A stretch of 64,000 nucleotides of DNA from Candidatus Aminicenantes bacterium (GCA_963702005.1 OY969696.1:64001-128000); one strand, 5' to 3'; counted from the stretch's first letter, positions 21,671 to 30,989 are shown. Translations and numbers: made by a program. The notes: generated by a model from the letters alone, not told the origin.

Positions 21671-22411
21671 ATGCGCTATCTCATCTTCACCGACACCCAC
21701 GGCAACCTCGAGGCCCTGATGGCCCTCCTCAAGTTCGTCCCCAAGAAGCGGATCGACCATTACCTATTCCTGGGCGATCTGGTCGGCTACGAAGCTTCTC
21801 CCAACGACGTCATCCAGCGAATCCACGACCTGAAGCCGATCACCCTGATCCGCGGCAATCACGACAAGGCCGTCTGCAACCTGGAATCGATCCAGACCTT
21901 CAACCCGATCGCGGCCTCGGCCATCCTCTGGACCAAGAAACACCTGTCCAAGCGCAGCCAGCTGATCCTGGGGCATCTCAAGAAAGGCCCCCTCATCGTC
22001 CACGACTCGATCACGATCTGCCACGGCGCGCCCTTCGACGAGGATTATTATATCTTCGGCGAGTTCGACGCGGCCGAGGCCTTCGATCACATCAAGACCC
22101 AAGTCTGCTTCTTCGGCCACACCCACTTCCCCTTCGTCTACACGGAACGGGACCATCAGGTCGAGGGCACCTTCCTCGAAGGCGACCACAACGAGGTCAA
22201 GCTCGAGAAGGGCGTCCGCTATCTCATCAACCCGGGCTCGGTCGGCCAGCCCCGCGACCGAAATCCAAGGGCGGCCTGCGCCATTTATGACACCGAAACG
22301 CGGACGATCAAATTCTACCGGCTCGAGTACGAGATCGCCGAAGCCCAGAAAAAGATCCTCGACAACAACCTTCCCGCGGCGCTGGCCGAGCGCCTCTCTC
22401 AGGGAATCTGA
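21671..22411 (+). CDS. Metallophosphoesterase (calcineurin-like)
   Basis: DTHGN, GDLVGY, GNHD, GHTH, NPGSVGQPRD. Confidence 0.92.
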   Translation: MRYLIFTDTHGNLEALMALLKFVPKKRIDHYLFLGDLVGYEASPNDVIQRIHDLKPITLIRGNHDKAVCNLESIQTFNPIAASAILWTKKHLSKRSQLILGHLKKGPLIVHDSITICHGAPFDEDYYIFGEFDAAEAFDHIKTQVCFFGHTHFPFVYTERDHQVEGTFLEGDHNEVKLEKGVRYLINPGSVGQPRDRNPRAACAIYDTETRTIKFYRLEYEIAEAQKKILDNNLPAALAERLSQGI

Positions 22412-22426
22412 GGAACGATCCCGCCC

Positions 22427-23284
22427 TCACGGCCGGGGGTTGGCGTAACAGTATAGGCAGCTGTGGGGACAGGACTGCGTGTAGCTCCCGATATCGACCG
22501 ACTCCGTGCACCCGCAGTCGGCCCGCTGAGTTCGGTCCTTCTTGACCGAGGCGGGGTCGCCAGCGGGATGGAGCTCGCGGAGAAGACGGCCGTCGATGCA
22601 GGCGGAGGCTTCGAGGCCGGGAACGTCGGCCAGGAACCGCTGGCTGCAGATGTAAAGACGCAACCCCAGCGACGCGGCCAGCGAGGCCATCCGGGCGGCC
22701 GCCTCCCGCTTCTCCTCGCGGGAAGGGTCCTGGAAGGCGAGTCCGGCCCGCTCGAACCTCCTGACGGCTTTACTATAGCGCTGGGCGAAGCTTATCCTGA
22801 TATCCCTGACGCCGAGCGCCGCCGCGCGGCGGACCGCCCTCTCGAAAAAGGGAAGGTTCGTCCGGACGGCCCCCGCTTCCTTCCAATGGACGATGGGGTC
22901 GAAGCGAAGGGAGATCCGCTCGGGCCGGCCCGCGATCCGGATGAGGGCGTCGAGCTGTCCGAGCGCTTCCTCCGGGGCGGGGACGCCGGGCTCGAGGGCC
23001 GTCCCGCCCAATCCCGTGACGGTGAAATGGAGATAGACCTGATCGTACTTGGCGAAAGCGCTCCTCAGCCCGTGCCTGTCGCCGATCAGGTTCGTAAAGT
23101 CCTTGGACCAGAGGACGACGCTGTGGACGGCTGACGGCGACAGGTCGGCCTCGAGCACTCTGCGCGAGGGACCGACGACCTCGGCTCGTTCGGTCCGCAG
23201 GGCCCCGGACAGCCATTCCGGGAAGAAGGCGACCAGGTCGGTCCGGCGCGACGCGCTGATGACGGTTTTCATGCCCGTCTCCAT
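22427..23284 (-). CDS. DUF1848 family protein
   Basis: ISASRRTD...F, RFDPI, QR.DCGC..S.DIGSY...CPHSCLYCYA. Confidence 0.88.
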   Translation of the reverse strand: METGMKTVISASRRTDLVAFFPEWLSGALRTERAEVVGPSRRVLEADLSPSAVHSVVLWSKDFTNLIGDRHGLRSAFAKYDQVYLHFTVTGLGGTALEPGVPAPEEALGQLDALIRIAGRPERISLRFDPIVHWKEAGAVRTNLPFFERAVRRAAALGVRDIRISFAQRYSKAVRRFERAGLAFQDPSREEKREAAARMASLAASLGLRLYICSQRFLADVPGLEASACIDGRLLRELHPAGDPASVKKDRTQRADCGCTESVDIGSYTQSCPHSCLYCYANPRP

Positions 23285-23417
23285 TGTACGAGATTCGTAT
23301 GGACCGCCTCAACAACGCCATTTCTCCCAGCAAAAGCCGGCGCTGCGCCGGGACGGGTCCTGTCGCGCTCTCCCGGTCGTTTCACGCCCGGGCGAATCAT
23401 GATAAGATAAGCGGGTC

Positions 23418-24218
23418 ATGAGCGCGGTCCTGCGGGCGGAAAGTCTCCTCAAGGTCTACAACCGGCGCCGGGTCGTCGACGGCGTCACGATCGAGCTTCG
23501 GGCCGGCGAAATCATCGGGCTGCTGGGACGGAACGGAGCCGGAAAGACCACGACCTTCCAGATCATGGTCGGCCTCGTTAAGCCCGAGGCCGGTTCCATC
23601 CGGCTCGACGGCCGCGACATCTCCCGCGTCCCGACCTACCTCCGGGCCCGGCTCGGCGTGACCTACCTCCCCCAGGAGGGATCGGTTTTCCTCAAGGCCT
23701 CGGTCCGGGACAACCTCCGGCTCGGCCTCGAGCTCTCCCCTTATTCCAAACACGATCAGGAGGCGATCGCCTCCCGGCTCCTCGAAGAGATGGGCCTGGA
23801 CGCGCTGGCCGGCCAATCCGCCCACAGCCTCTCGGGCGGCGAGCGGAGGAGGCTCGAGATCTGCCGGGCCCTGATCCTCAACCCCAAATTCCTTCTCCTC
23901 GACGAGCCGTTCACCGGCATCGACCCCCTGACCATCCTCGAGCTCCAGAAGATCCTGCGCGGCCTCAAGGCCAAGGGGATCGGCATGGTCCTCTCCGACC
24001 ACAATGTCCGCGACACCTTCCGGATCGTGGACAGGGCTTATATCATCGACGAGGGCCGGATCCTGGTTGAAGGACCTCCCGACGCGGTCGCCTCCGACGA
24101 AACGGCGCGCGCCAGCTTTCTGGGGAAGGGATTCAAGTGGGAGCCGGGTCGAGAGGCGGCCTATTCCTCGGAGAACGCGAACAGGCGGTCCCCGAACGTC
24201 TCGCCCAGGAAGAAGTAA
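23418..24218 (+). CDS. lptB: LPS export ABC transporter ATP-binding protein
   Basis: GRNGAGKTT, YLPQEGSVF, LSGGERRRLEI, LDEPFTGIDP, DHNVRDT. Confidence 0.93.
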   Translation: MSAVLRAESLLKVYNRRRVVDGVTIELRAGEIIGLLGRNGAGKTTTFQIMVGLVKPEAGSIRLDGRDISRVPTYLRARLGVTYLPQEGSVFLKASVRDNLRLGLELSPYSKHDQEAIASRLLEEMGLDALAGQSAHSLSGGERRRLEICRALILNPKFLLLDEPFTGIDPLTILELQKILRGLKAKGIGMVLSDHNVRDTFRIVDRAYIIDEGRILVEGPPDAVASDETARASFLGKGFKWEPGREAAYSSENANRRSPNVSPRKK

Positions 24219-25336
24219 AACAGGGCCCAGTACGAGACGAGCAGGACAAGGTAGAAAAGGCCGACCGAAAGGGCGGCCGCCCCGACCAACCTAAAAAGAG
24301 AAACTTCCATCGACCGCGCGGCCAGCCAGACGGCGAGCCCCCAGAAGACGGCGATAAAGACGAGGTCGAAGACCTTGGCTTTGAGCCGGATCTTGAACCG
24401 GGAGGACGGCCGTAGAACCCGGTCGCGGGCAGGCTCCGGCGGCACTGAAAACGGGCGTTCCTCCGCCTCTTCGCCGAACGGTTCGGCCCGCTCCTCGTCC
24501 CGCTCTTCTCGGCGCCCTTCCTCGCGCTCATCGAACTCGGTCATGGCCCTTCCCTCCTCGCCGAACGGAAGCGGTTTCTGCGTCAAAGTTTCCGGGATCC
24601 CGATTCCCGACGGCGAGGTCGGCGGGGCCTCCGCGGACTCCGCTGCCGGCCGCCCCGACTCCGAGGCGAACGGAGGCCTCGCATCCTCGTCCCCGGCGGG
24701 CTTTTTGATGCGCTCGGCCCAGGGCGGGAAAGCCTTGGAGTCCGAGGTCTCCGGCTTGGCTTTTTGGGCTTCGGCCTCCCGCTCGTCTTTGAACGAGGCA
24801 AGGAAACTTTCGAACTTCTCCTTGCCGAGCTCGGCCGTGGGCATGAAGCGGTCGAGCTCCTTGGTCCTGAAGGTCAGGTCGTCGCTTTTGGCGGTCTTGG
24901 GCTCTTCGCTTGTTTCTTGTTTAACCATGGTATCCGAGGTCTGCTCGGTCCGCAGAGGGGCGGGGATCTCCTTGGATTCACCGGAGCGGCCGGAATCTTC
25001 CTCCCCGCCGCCCGGCCCGGCGTCCGGCGCTTGCTCCGCGCCGCCCAGCGATCCGAGAATGATCTCGGCTTCCTTTTCTTCGTCCCCGCCTTCTTCCTCG
25101 ACGAAAGCCGCCTCCTCGATCCCCTTCTCGTCCGGCGCGCTCTCTTTAACGTCCTCGTCCTCGGCCGCCGTCTTGGCCTCGGGCTCTTCTTCACCGCCGT
25201 CGACGATCCGGTCGCCCGGGATGTCCTCCTCGACGGCGTCGTCATCGGGGAAAAGAAGCTGGGTTCCGCAGTTCTGACAGTATAGATCCTTCTCGTCGAT
25301 GATGGCCCGGCAGTAAGGACACCTCTTAATGGCCAT
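24161..25336 (-). CDS. Zinc-ribbon protein with acidic disordered linker and C-terminal RDD-like membrane domain
   Basis: CPYC..CQNCG N-terminus; RLKAKVFD...GETFG hydrophobic C-terminus; 3' end overlaps lptB convergently. Confidence 0.7.
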   Translation of the reverse strand: MAIKRCPYCRAIIDEKDLYCQNCGTQLLFPDDDAVEEDIPGDRIVDGGEEEPEAKTAAEDEDVKESAPDEKGIEEAAFVEEEGGDEEKEAEIILGSLGGAEQAPDAGPGGGEEDSGRSGESKEIPAPLRTEQTSDTMVKQETSEEPKTAKSDDLTFRTKELDRFMPTAELGKEKFESFLASFKDEREAEAQKAKPETSDSKAFPPWAERIKKPAGDEDARPPFASESGRPAAESAEAPPTSPSGIGIPETLTQKPLPFGEEGRAMTEFDEREEGRREERDEERAEPFGEEAEERPFSVPPEPARDRVLRPSSRFKIRLKAKVFDLVFIAVFWGLAVWLAARSMEVSLFRLVGAAALSVGLFYLVLLVSYWALFYFFLGETFGDRLFAFSEE

Positions 25337-25416
25337 TAATGTATTTATATGAGGAAATCGCCCCGATGTCAATTCGCCGCCGGGACCCGAGCCTGCCCCG
25401 CCGTTTCCCGGGGAAA

Positions 25417-25445
25417 TTGACAGAGGCCCTAAAAATGTCCACAAT
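25417..25445 (+). promoter_or_regulatory. sigma70 promoter of tRNA-Val
   Basis: TTGACA-N17-CACAAT followed by a GC-rich discriminator. Confidence 0.7.
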
Positions 25446-25456
25446 AAGGGCCGGCT

Positions 25457-25531
25457 GGGCGATTAACTCAGGGGTAGAGTACTACCTTCACACGGTAGGA
25501 GTCACAGGTTCAAATCCTGTATCGCCCACCA
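25457..25531 (+). tRNA. tRNA-Val(CAC); probable integration site
   Basis: Cloverleaf: acceptor GGGCGAT/ATCGCCC, anticodon stem CTACC-TTCACAC-GGTAG, T-loop TTCAAAT, encoded CCA. Confidence 0.97.
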
Positions 25532-26645
25532 CTTTATTATCAACGACTTGCGCGATCGCGCGTCCCGGCAAAATGGCAGGTGTGCCCAAAACTGTGCCCA
25601 AACTCGGGCCGGGTAGCTGGCCGACGACGCCGTGAAGATGCTTGTCGCTCAGGTGGGAATAGATCTCCGTCGTCTTGATGGACTTATGGCCCAGGAGCTG
25701 CTGGACCGCCCGGATATTTCCTGTCCGCATGACCAGGAAACTGGCAAACGTGTGCCGCCAAGTGTGGAGATTGGCGTCCCGGATGCCCAGCCTGTTCAGA
25801 TGATGGCGAAAACGGGCCTCAAGCGAGTGAATTTTGATTTTTTTGCCATCAGCCTTGGTAAAAACCCAGTTCGATCTTCTCTTCTTGTTCAGGAGCATGA
25901 AAGAGACTGCATCATGGAGTGGGATAATCCGTTCCTCGTTCCCTTTGGGCTTCCAGAAGTCCTTTGGCCGGACAGTAAGTCTATGCGCTATAAGATCAAC
26001 GTCGCTCCATTCGAGATTGACCAGCTCTCCGATACGCATGCCCGTATAGAGGAGCGTAAGATAGATTTCCCCTACCCAATTATCGCCGCAGGTATCGAGG
26101 ATTAGGCCCACTTCGGCTTCGCTGAAGAAACGCGGATTCTTTTTCGCCGTGCTCAAGAGCTTGACCCTCCGGGCCGGGCTTTCCTTAAGGAAACCAAGCT
26201 CCACCGCCCGGTTGAAAAACCGCTTTATTCCCTTGAGCTCCGTGTTCACGGTCGAACGGGCAACCTGGCTTCCCTTGCGCGACGGGGACGGCGCCTTGAG
26301 CCGGGAGGCTACATAGCCGTCGACCATGGCCATGTCCACGTCCCGGAGGCATTTTACGTTATGCTTCTCGGAAAGGTATTTTACGAAATGGTTGAGCGCG
26401 ATCGTATAATTGTGGGCGGTCTTCGCAGCCTGCCGGGCCCGGACGTATTCGAGGAACTCTTTCTGGAATAGGCCCAGCGGGATTTTCTGTCCGGAGACTA
26501 GCTCGTTGCGGGAGATCTTGTAAAGAATTTCTCCGTAGGCGTCCTCCGCCTGCTTCTTTTCCCTGCCGAGGCTGCGCCGGACCCGCTGGCCGGACTGGTA
26601 GAAGGTGATATACCAAAGCTTGCCTCGTCTGTATAACTTGGCCAT
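25488..26645 (-). CDS. Tyrosine recombinase/integrase
   Basis: YTGMRIGE (R), KPKG (K), HTWRH (HxxR), LLGH (H), TEIY (Y); N-terminal arm-binding-like region; last residues read antisense through the tRNA. Confidence 0.95.
   Translation of the reverse strand: MAKLYRRGKLWYITFYQSGQRVRRSLGREKKQAEDAYGEILYKISRNELVSGQKIPLGLFQKEFLEYVRARQAAKTAHNYTIALNHFVKYLSEKHNVKCLRDVDMAMVDGYVASRLKAPSPSRKGSQVARSTVNTELKGIKRFFNRAVELGFLKESPARRVKLLSTAKKNPRFFSEAEVGLILDTCGDNWVGEIYLTLLYTGMRIGELVNLEWSDVDLIAHRLTVRPKDFWKPKGNEERIIPLHDAVSFMLLNKKRRSNWVFTKADGKKIKIHSLEARFRHHLNRLGIRDANLHTWRHTFASFLVMRTGNIRAVQQLLGHKSIKTTEIYSHLSDKHLHGVVGQLPGPSLGTVLGTPAILPGRAIAQVVDNKVVGDTGFEPVTPTV
25581..25603 (+). repeat. Tandem direct repeat TGTGCCCAAA x2, candidate integrase arm-type sites
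   Basis: TGTGCCCAAAAC-TGTGCCCAAAC about 50 bp from the tRNA 3' end, inside the int coding sequence. Confidence 0.6.
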
Positions 26646-26646
26646 T

Positions 26647-26868
26647 TTAGCTTTTCTCCCGGATCTCCCGGAGGATGCCTTCCACTCTTGATATGATAAG
26701 GCCGCGCTCTTTTAGTTTCAACCAACGCTCGACTTCGCTCTCCCTGAAGCGCAGGAGGCCGTTGACCTTGACGAAGGGGATGAGGCCCTTCGAGGTCCAT
26801 GAGTAGAGCGTGGATTTCTCGATGCCGAGCGCCTGGCAAATCTCCCCGGGAGAAAGCAGTTTGTTCAT
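26647..26868 (-). CDS. Excisionase-like HTH protein (HTH_17)
   Basis: LLSPGEICQALGIEKSTLYSW...IPFVKVNGLLRFRESEVERWL; adjacent to int. Confidence 0.88.
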   Translation of the reverse strand: MNKLLSPGEICQALGIEKSTLYSWTSKGLIPFVKVNGLLRFRESEVERWLKLKERGLIISRVEGILREIREKS

Positions 26869-26882
26869 TTCACGTCTTTAGC

Positions 26883-26910
26883 GGTCATCATAAGCTCCGT
26901 TATGATGACC
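26883..26910. promoter_or_regulatory. Perfect 11-bp inverted repeat upstream of xis-int (operator or attenuator)
   Basis: GGTCATCATAA-GCTCCG-TTATGATGACC. Confidence 0.5.
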
Positions 26911-26925
26911 TTTTCCTGTTTTCCC

Positions 26926-27222
26926 TTAATCCTCTCCCCCTGATTTCCTTCCCTTCCCGTTCCCGTTTCCGCCTGCGTTCGACCTGCCGTTTCCTTCCAT
27001 CCTGAGCCCTATTTTCTTCGGGCAGAGCGATGAAAGCACGATATGCCCGCTGTCCGTCACGATGATGCTTCTCGTCGGCTTCCCGCAGGTTGCGTCTATG
27101 GCCTGGTTCTTTTCCTTCGCTTCCTTTACCATCCGCTTGACTGGAGCTGAGTTCGGGTTCACGACCGCGACGACCCTGCGAGTAGCGACGATGTTCTCGT
27201 ATCCCACGCTTAGGGCGTTCAT
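26926..27222 (-). CDS. remA: RemA/DUF370 family DNA-binding protein
   Basis: VGYENIVATRRVVAVVNPNSAPVKRMV.EAKE....IDATCGKPTRSIIVTDSGHIVLS closely follows the RemA (YlzA) pattern. Confidence 0.85.
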   Translation of the reverse strand: MNALSVGYENIVATRRVVAVVNPNSAPVKRMVKEAKEKNQAIDATCGKPTRSIIVTDSGHIVLSSLCPKKIGLRMEGNGRSNAGGNGNGKGRKSGGED

Positions 27223-27475
27223 GCGTTCATCCTCCTTTCAATCGCTTTTTCGAATCGGGATTCATTTTGGCCTCCTTATTCTTTCCTGTGTTCTCATTTA
27301 TTCGAATTCATTCAATACAAATCGCTTTCGCGCGATTTCGCCGATTAACAAATCGGCTCCAAATATTTCTCGCGCCTGCTCGCGAGATCTCCCGGATGCG
27401 AGTCGCAGGTCGCGAGCTCGGGCCGTCTGGCTGTCGGCCCCACTGGGATAAAAAAACAGGCTTCCAAAGCGGTTT

Positions 27476-27793
27476 TTAATCACTGATTTCCCCTGGCTCT
27501 TTGTCTTTTTGCTGGTCGCTGAAGCGTTGCTGATAGCGTCTGATTCTGTGCTCCTGGCTTTCGAGCACGTGTTCCTGAACCCTGAGCTCTCTGGCGAGGG
27601 ATTCTCTGGCTTCCCTGAGCCTGGCGATGTAGTCGTCGCGGACGGCGAGCGAGCTCCGCAGGATGGCGACGTCCTTTTTGAGCTCGTCCTCGATGGACGG
27701 GTAGGCTGGCGCCAGGGCGAGGGAGAAGCCTCCTCCCAGGCCTGCGCCAGGGCCATCGGCCCTCCCCAGGTTCCCATGATAGGAGGCGCTCAT
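27476..27793 (-). CDS. Hypothetical coiled-coil protein
   Basis: AAGGAGGTG RBS; heptad-like C-terminal half; co-oriented in the operon. Confidence 0.55.
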   Translation of the reverse strand: MSASYHGNLGRADGPGAGLGGGFSLALAPAYPSIEDELKKDVAILRSSLAVRDDYIARLREARESLARELRVQEHVLESQEHRIRRYQQRFSDQQKDKEPGEISD

Positions 27794-27969
27794 GTTTTCA
27801 CCTCCTTATCGCTTTTTGCGGCATCCGCCGCATGGAGCGACCTGCCGTTCGCCAGAATCCATGTGGCAGTCGCCCCGAGAATCTGCTGGCGGATGCTCAC
27901 GCCAGTCGCAGCCCGTATCGCCACGAGCTCGGCGAGAAACTCGGGAGGGATGACGAGAGCGTAGGTCAT
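27790..27969 (-). CDS. Small ribbon-helix-helix-like protein (59 aa, not in the ORF track)
   Basis: Manual translation MTYALVIPPEFLAELVAIRAATGVSIRQQILGATATWILANG...; GAGGAGG RBS; ATGA overlap with the next gene. Confidence 0.6.
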   Translation of the reverse strand: MTYALVIPPEFLAELVAIRAATGVSIRQQILGATATWILANGRSLHAADAAKSDKEVKT

Positions 27970-27981
27970 GTTCTCGCCTCC

Positions 27982-28257
27982 TCAATACTCCCAGGTCCTA
28001 CGCTGAAAACAGGCGACGCACGAGACTATGGGCTTTCTGGTTTTCTTGCCGCACGAACTGCACTCAAGCGGCCTGGCGATTCGCTTCCAGTTGCGCTGTT
28101 CCGCGTCCGTGTCTATGCCCATGTGACCCAAGTCGTATTTCCCGACGAAAGGCCCAAACGCCCACGGGTCCTTCTTCACCTCCTTACGGTTTTGGACGGT
28201 TCCCTTGCCCGAAGGCTTCGAGGACCTCCCGCGCTTTTCGCTTTTTATCGCTGTCAT
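27982..28257 (-). CDS. Small basic protein with C-terminal CxxC...CxxC zinc finger
   Basis: AGGAGGT RBS; CSSC and CVAC. Confidence 0.55.
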   Translation of the reverse strand: MTAIKSEKRGRSSKPSGKGTVQNRKEVKKDPWAFGPFVGKYDLGHMGIDTDAEQRNWKRIARPLECSSCGKKTRKPIVSCVACFQRRTWEY

Positions 28258-28462
28258 GTCTACCGACCTCCTTTTGTTTCGCCAGGGGTGCGGGCGGCTT
28301 ATCTCTGTTGGAGCCTTTCGGTTGCTCGGTCGGAGACCGAAACAGAGAATATGCCGCCACGGTGGCGAATCTGGAAAGAGGAGGTCGGACTGCGAGTCGC
28401 AGAGCGCAAGCGGGCGGGAGCCTGAGGGCCTGCCGCGCCAGACGGACGCGCAGAAAGCGCCC

Positions 28463-28972
28463 TCAATATCCATCCTCATCCTCCTCATCTTCTGGCGGCC
28501 GTTCGTCGTCGTCCTCTTCTTCTTCGAGGTCGTAATCTACATTAAGGGAAGAGCGCGCTTTCCTCTTTTCAAACTCCTCGGCGAGCCGAGCCATCTCCGC
28601 TTTATCGCGCTCGAAGTCTGCGGCGAATTCCGCGTTAAGCCGCTTGGTTTCCTGGATGCGCTCGAACGTCTCGGGGTCGTAGTTCTCAGGGTGGTCTTCC
28701 CACATACCATCGTAATAGCCCCGCGATTCTAGGTCTTTGAATTCGTGCCAACAACGGCGGATCTGATCGAGCGGGCTCCAAACCGCATATTTCGGGCAGC
28801 GCAAGCAATTCTCAAAACTTATTGTCGCTCCCGCCTCGGGGCAGTCGGCGCTGCCCGGGTAAAAAAGCCGCCGCGCTCCCAGGCCCGTATTGAGCGCACT
28901 CCCAACGTTCGCAGCAGGGCGTTTCCTCACAAGGCCTAGGCGGTTGTAGAAAGGATTCCTGGAGAACCTCAT
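28463..28972 (-). CDS. Hypothetical protein with Cys cluster and acidic tail
   Basis: CP..ENCLRC..RCWH; EEEEDDDE tail; ATGA overlap with the upstream gene. Confidence 0.55.
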   Translation of the reverse strand: MRFSRNPFYNRLGLVRKRPAANVGSALNTGLGARRLFYPGSADCPEAGATISFENCLRCPKYAVWSPLDQIRRCWHEFKDLESRGYYDGMWEDHPENYDPETFERIQETKRLNAEFAADFERDKAEMARLAEEFEKRKARSSLNVDYDLEEEEDDDERPPEDEEDEDGY

Positions 28973-30072
28973 ACGAACTCCCTCATGAGCCTGAATTCGA
29001 CGCGGTGCTGGAGCGTCCAGTCGAGCGCGCGGTAGACCAGGTCCATGTTCTCGTTCTGGTGCTTCGCATTCGCCGAAACCACGACGACGCGCACGAAGCC
29101 AGCCTGAAGGTCGCGCAGGACGTTCTCGACGACGTGAGGATTGGGCTCGGTCTCGATTTCGTAGGCCGTCGCTCCGTCCGCTCCGACGACCGCGACGTCC
29201 GCAGACTTGCCGCCCATGAAATGCTCGACGAGAGCGCTCTCCCCGCGCTCCGCCAGCTTCCGCGCAAGCAGGTTCTGCGCGATGACGTGGGCGGCCGCTC
29301 CCTTCCCCGGAAGCCGGACGTCCTCCGGCTTGACACCGAGATATTCGGCCGCCTTCTCCTTGAGAAGAACGAAGGTCGAGGGGCTTCCCTTCTTCCCGAA
29401 GTTAAACGGGACAAGCTCGACCAGGCCGAGCAATGCCATCTCACCGATGAGCTTCCTGCCGTATTTGGCGTCGATGCCGGCTTCTTCGTAGCATTGCGTC
29501 AGCGTTTTGAACCGCTCGGGCAGGATGGCCCTGAGCAGGTCATTCCACGCTCGTCTGGGCTTGAGCTCCACGTGCTCTCGCGTCACGCTTTGCACGTCAA
29601 GCCCGTTGACCAGGTCGACGGAGCCTGCGTCCGATTCCGCCTGGAGCGGAACGAAAGGCAGCGCGTCGAGCGCGGGTTTCATCTTCTGCCGAATGAAGTC
29701 TTCGCTCACGCGCTCCAGCGGGAAGTCGAGCGTCCGGATGAGATAGGGCCTGTCGAGCTCGCTTGAGTAGACGACCGCCGTCCGTTTCGGCAGCTCCGCG
29801 AGCATTGCTTTCTGCTCAGGGAAGAGATTGCACGTCTCCGCTATCGTTTTCATGCATGACGGATTGGGCAGCTTGAAGATGATTATAGTTTCCGTGTTTC
29901 CCGGGAGCGGTTTCGGCTGGAGCGAGATGAGCTGGTCTATGTGCGTTATGGAGCCTCCGTATTTTCTGATTTCCCTGATCAGGCGGAGTATCATCGGCTC
30001 CCTGAGGTCAGAGCGGTTCTTGAGACCCTCGTAGCAGTAGCGATGGACCTCTTCGATGACCAGGATTCTCAT
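28969..30072 (-). CDS. C-terminal half of HerA/FtsK-superfamily ATPase fused to a wHTH-like region and PD-(D/E)XK nuclease-like domain
   Basis: Walker B ILVIEEVH, REIRKYG, IDQ motif; SADVAV...AYEIET nuclease motif. Confidence 0.75.
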   Translation of the reverse strand: MRILVIEEVHRYCYEGLKNRSDLREPMILRLIREIRKYGGSITHIDQLISLQPKPLPGNTETIIIFKLPNPSCMKTIAETCNLFPEQKAMLAELPKRTAVVYSSELDRPYLIRTLDFPLERVSEDFIRQKMKPALDALPFVPLQAESDAGSVDLVNGLDVQSVTREHVELKPRRAWNDLLRAILPERFKTLTQCYEEAGIDAKYGRKLIGEMALLGLVELVPFNFGKKGSPSTFVLLKEKAAEYLGVKPEDVRLPGKGAAAHVIAQNLLARKLAERGESALVEHFMGGKSADVAVVGADGATAYEIETEPNPHVVENVLRDLQAGFVRVVVVSANAKHQNENMDLVYRALDWTLQHRVEFRLMREFV

Positions 30073-30989
30073 TCCGCATCCCTCGCGCCCGGATTGAACA
30101 TAAGATAGGCTTCAAGCCACTGAAGCAGAAAGCCAACGTAGAAATTGTTGACCATGTCGTCGGGAATGCGGCCTATACGGAGCGCTGAGGATCGCTTGAC
30201 CAGGACCTCTTCGAGCGGGTGCCCTTCCATGCACTTGAGCGCGTCAGCTATGTAGCTCTTCATAAGGGCTTCGGACCTGTTCAGCAGCGATTCTATGAAT
30301 TGCGCTCGCCTGCTGTTCGCCCTGTAGGATTTCTTCAGTATCGCGTTGTATAAGTCGCTGAACGAAGGACAGGGCCTGTTCCTGTCCAGGTTTTCGAGGA
30401 TGGAGCTCAGCTCGTTGCAGGCGCCGTCTCTGAGAAACATGGTCTCCCTGACCAGGCTTACGAGCGCGCCCCGCCAGAAGGCGCGCTCTACCCCCCGCGG
30501 CGGCTGAAGGAAGTTTATTTTCAGGTCCTTCGGGTCGATGACCAGAAAAACGTCCGTCGGGAAGAACTGGGCAAGGTCCAGATACTCATCGGCGCGGTCG
30601 AATATCAGAACCTTGTGTCCGTTCTCTATGAGCGCCCTGACGGCCATTTTTGCGGCGCAGGTCTTGCCCGACCCCGTCGCCCCATAAATGCCGACGTGCT
30701 TTTCCCTGAAAACGCCGAACGGCAGGCAGAAGAGCTCGTCCCCTTTTGCGCCGACTATGCGGCCCAGCGGAATGCCAGCGAGCTGCTTGTCCTTCTCCGA
30801 GAGCCTGCCGAACGCCGGCGGGTCGGCGAGCGAATGGCCCTCCATCTTCAGGAGCCGCTGGAAGTGGCGGAGATACGTCTCGGTCAGCGCCGGGTTCCTG
30901 GCCACCTTCTCAAGGCAGGACAGAATTTCGGGTCGCTCCGGGCCGAGGATCTCGGCGAGGTATGCGAGCTCCTGGAAGGCATAGTTCAT
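30069..30989 (-). CDS. N-terminal half of HerA/DUF87-like ATPase
   Basis: HVGIYGATGSGKT Walker A, VLIFDRADEY, INFLQPP. Confidence 0.78.
   Translation of the reverse strand: MNYAFQELAYLAEILGPERPEILSCLEKVARNPALTETYLRHFQRLLKMEGHSLADPPAFGRLSEKDKQLAGIPLGRIVGAKGDELFCLPFGVFREKHVGIYGATGSGKTCAAKMAVRALIENGHKVLIFDRADEYLDLAQFFPTDVFLVIDPKDLKINFLQPPRGVERAFWRGALVSLVRETMFLRDGACNELSSILENLDRNRPCPSFSDLYNAILKKSYRANSRRAQFIESLLNRSEALMKSYIADALKCMEGHPLEEVLVKRSSALRIGRIPDDMVNNFYVGFLLQWLEAYLMFNPGARDAE

Noticed and set aside
25339-25635. Plus-strand ORF across the tRNA
   Set aside because: Spurious translation of the tRNA and its promoter
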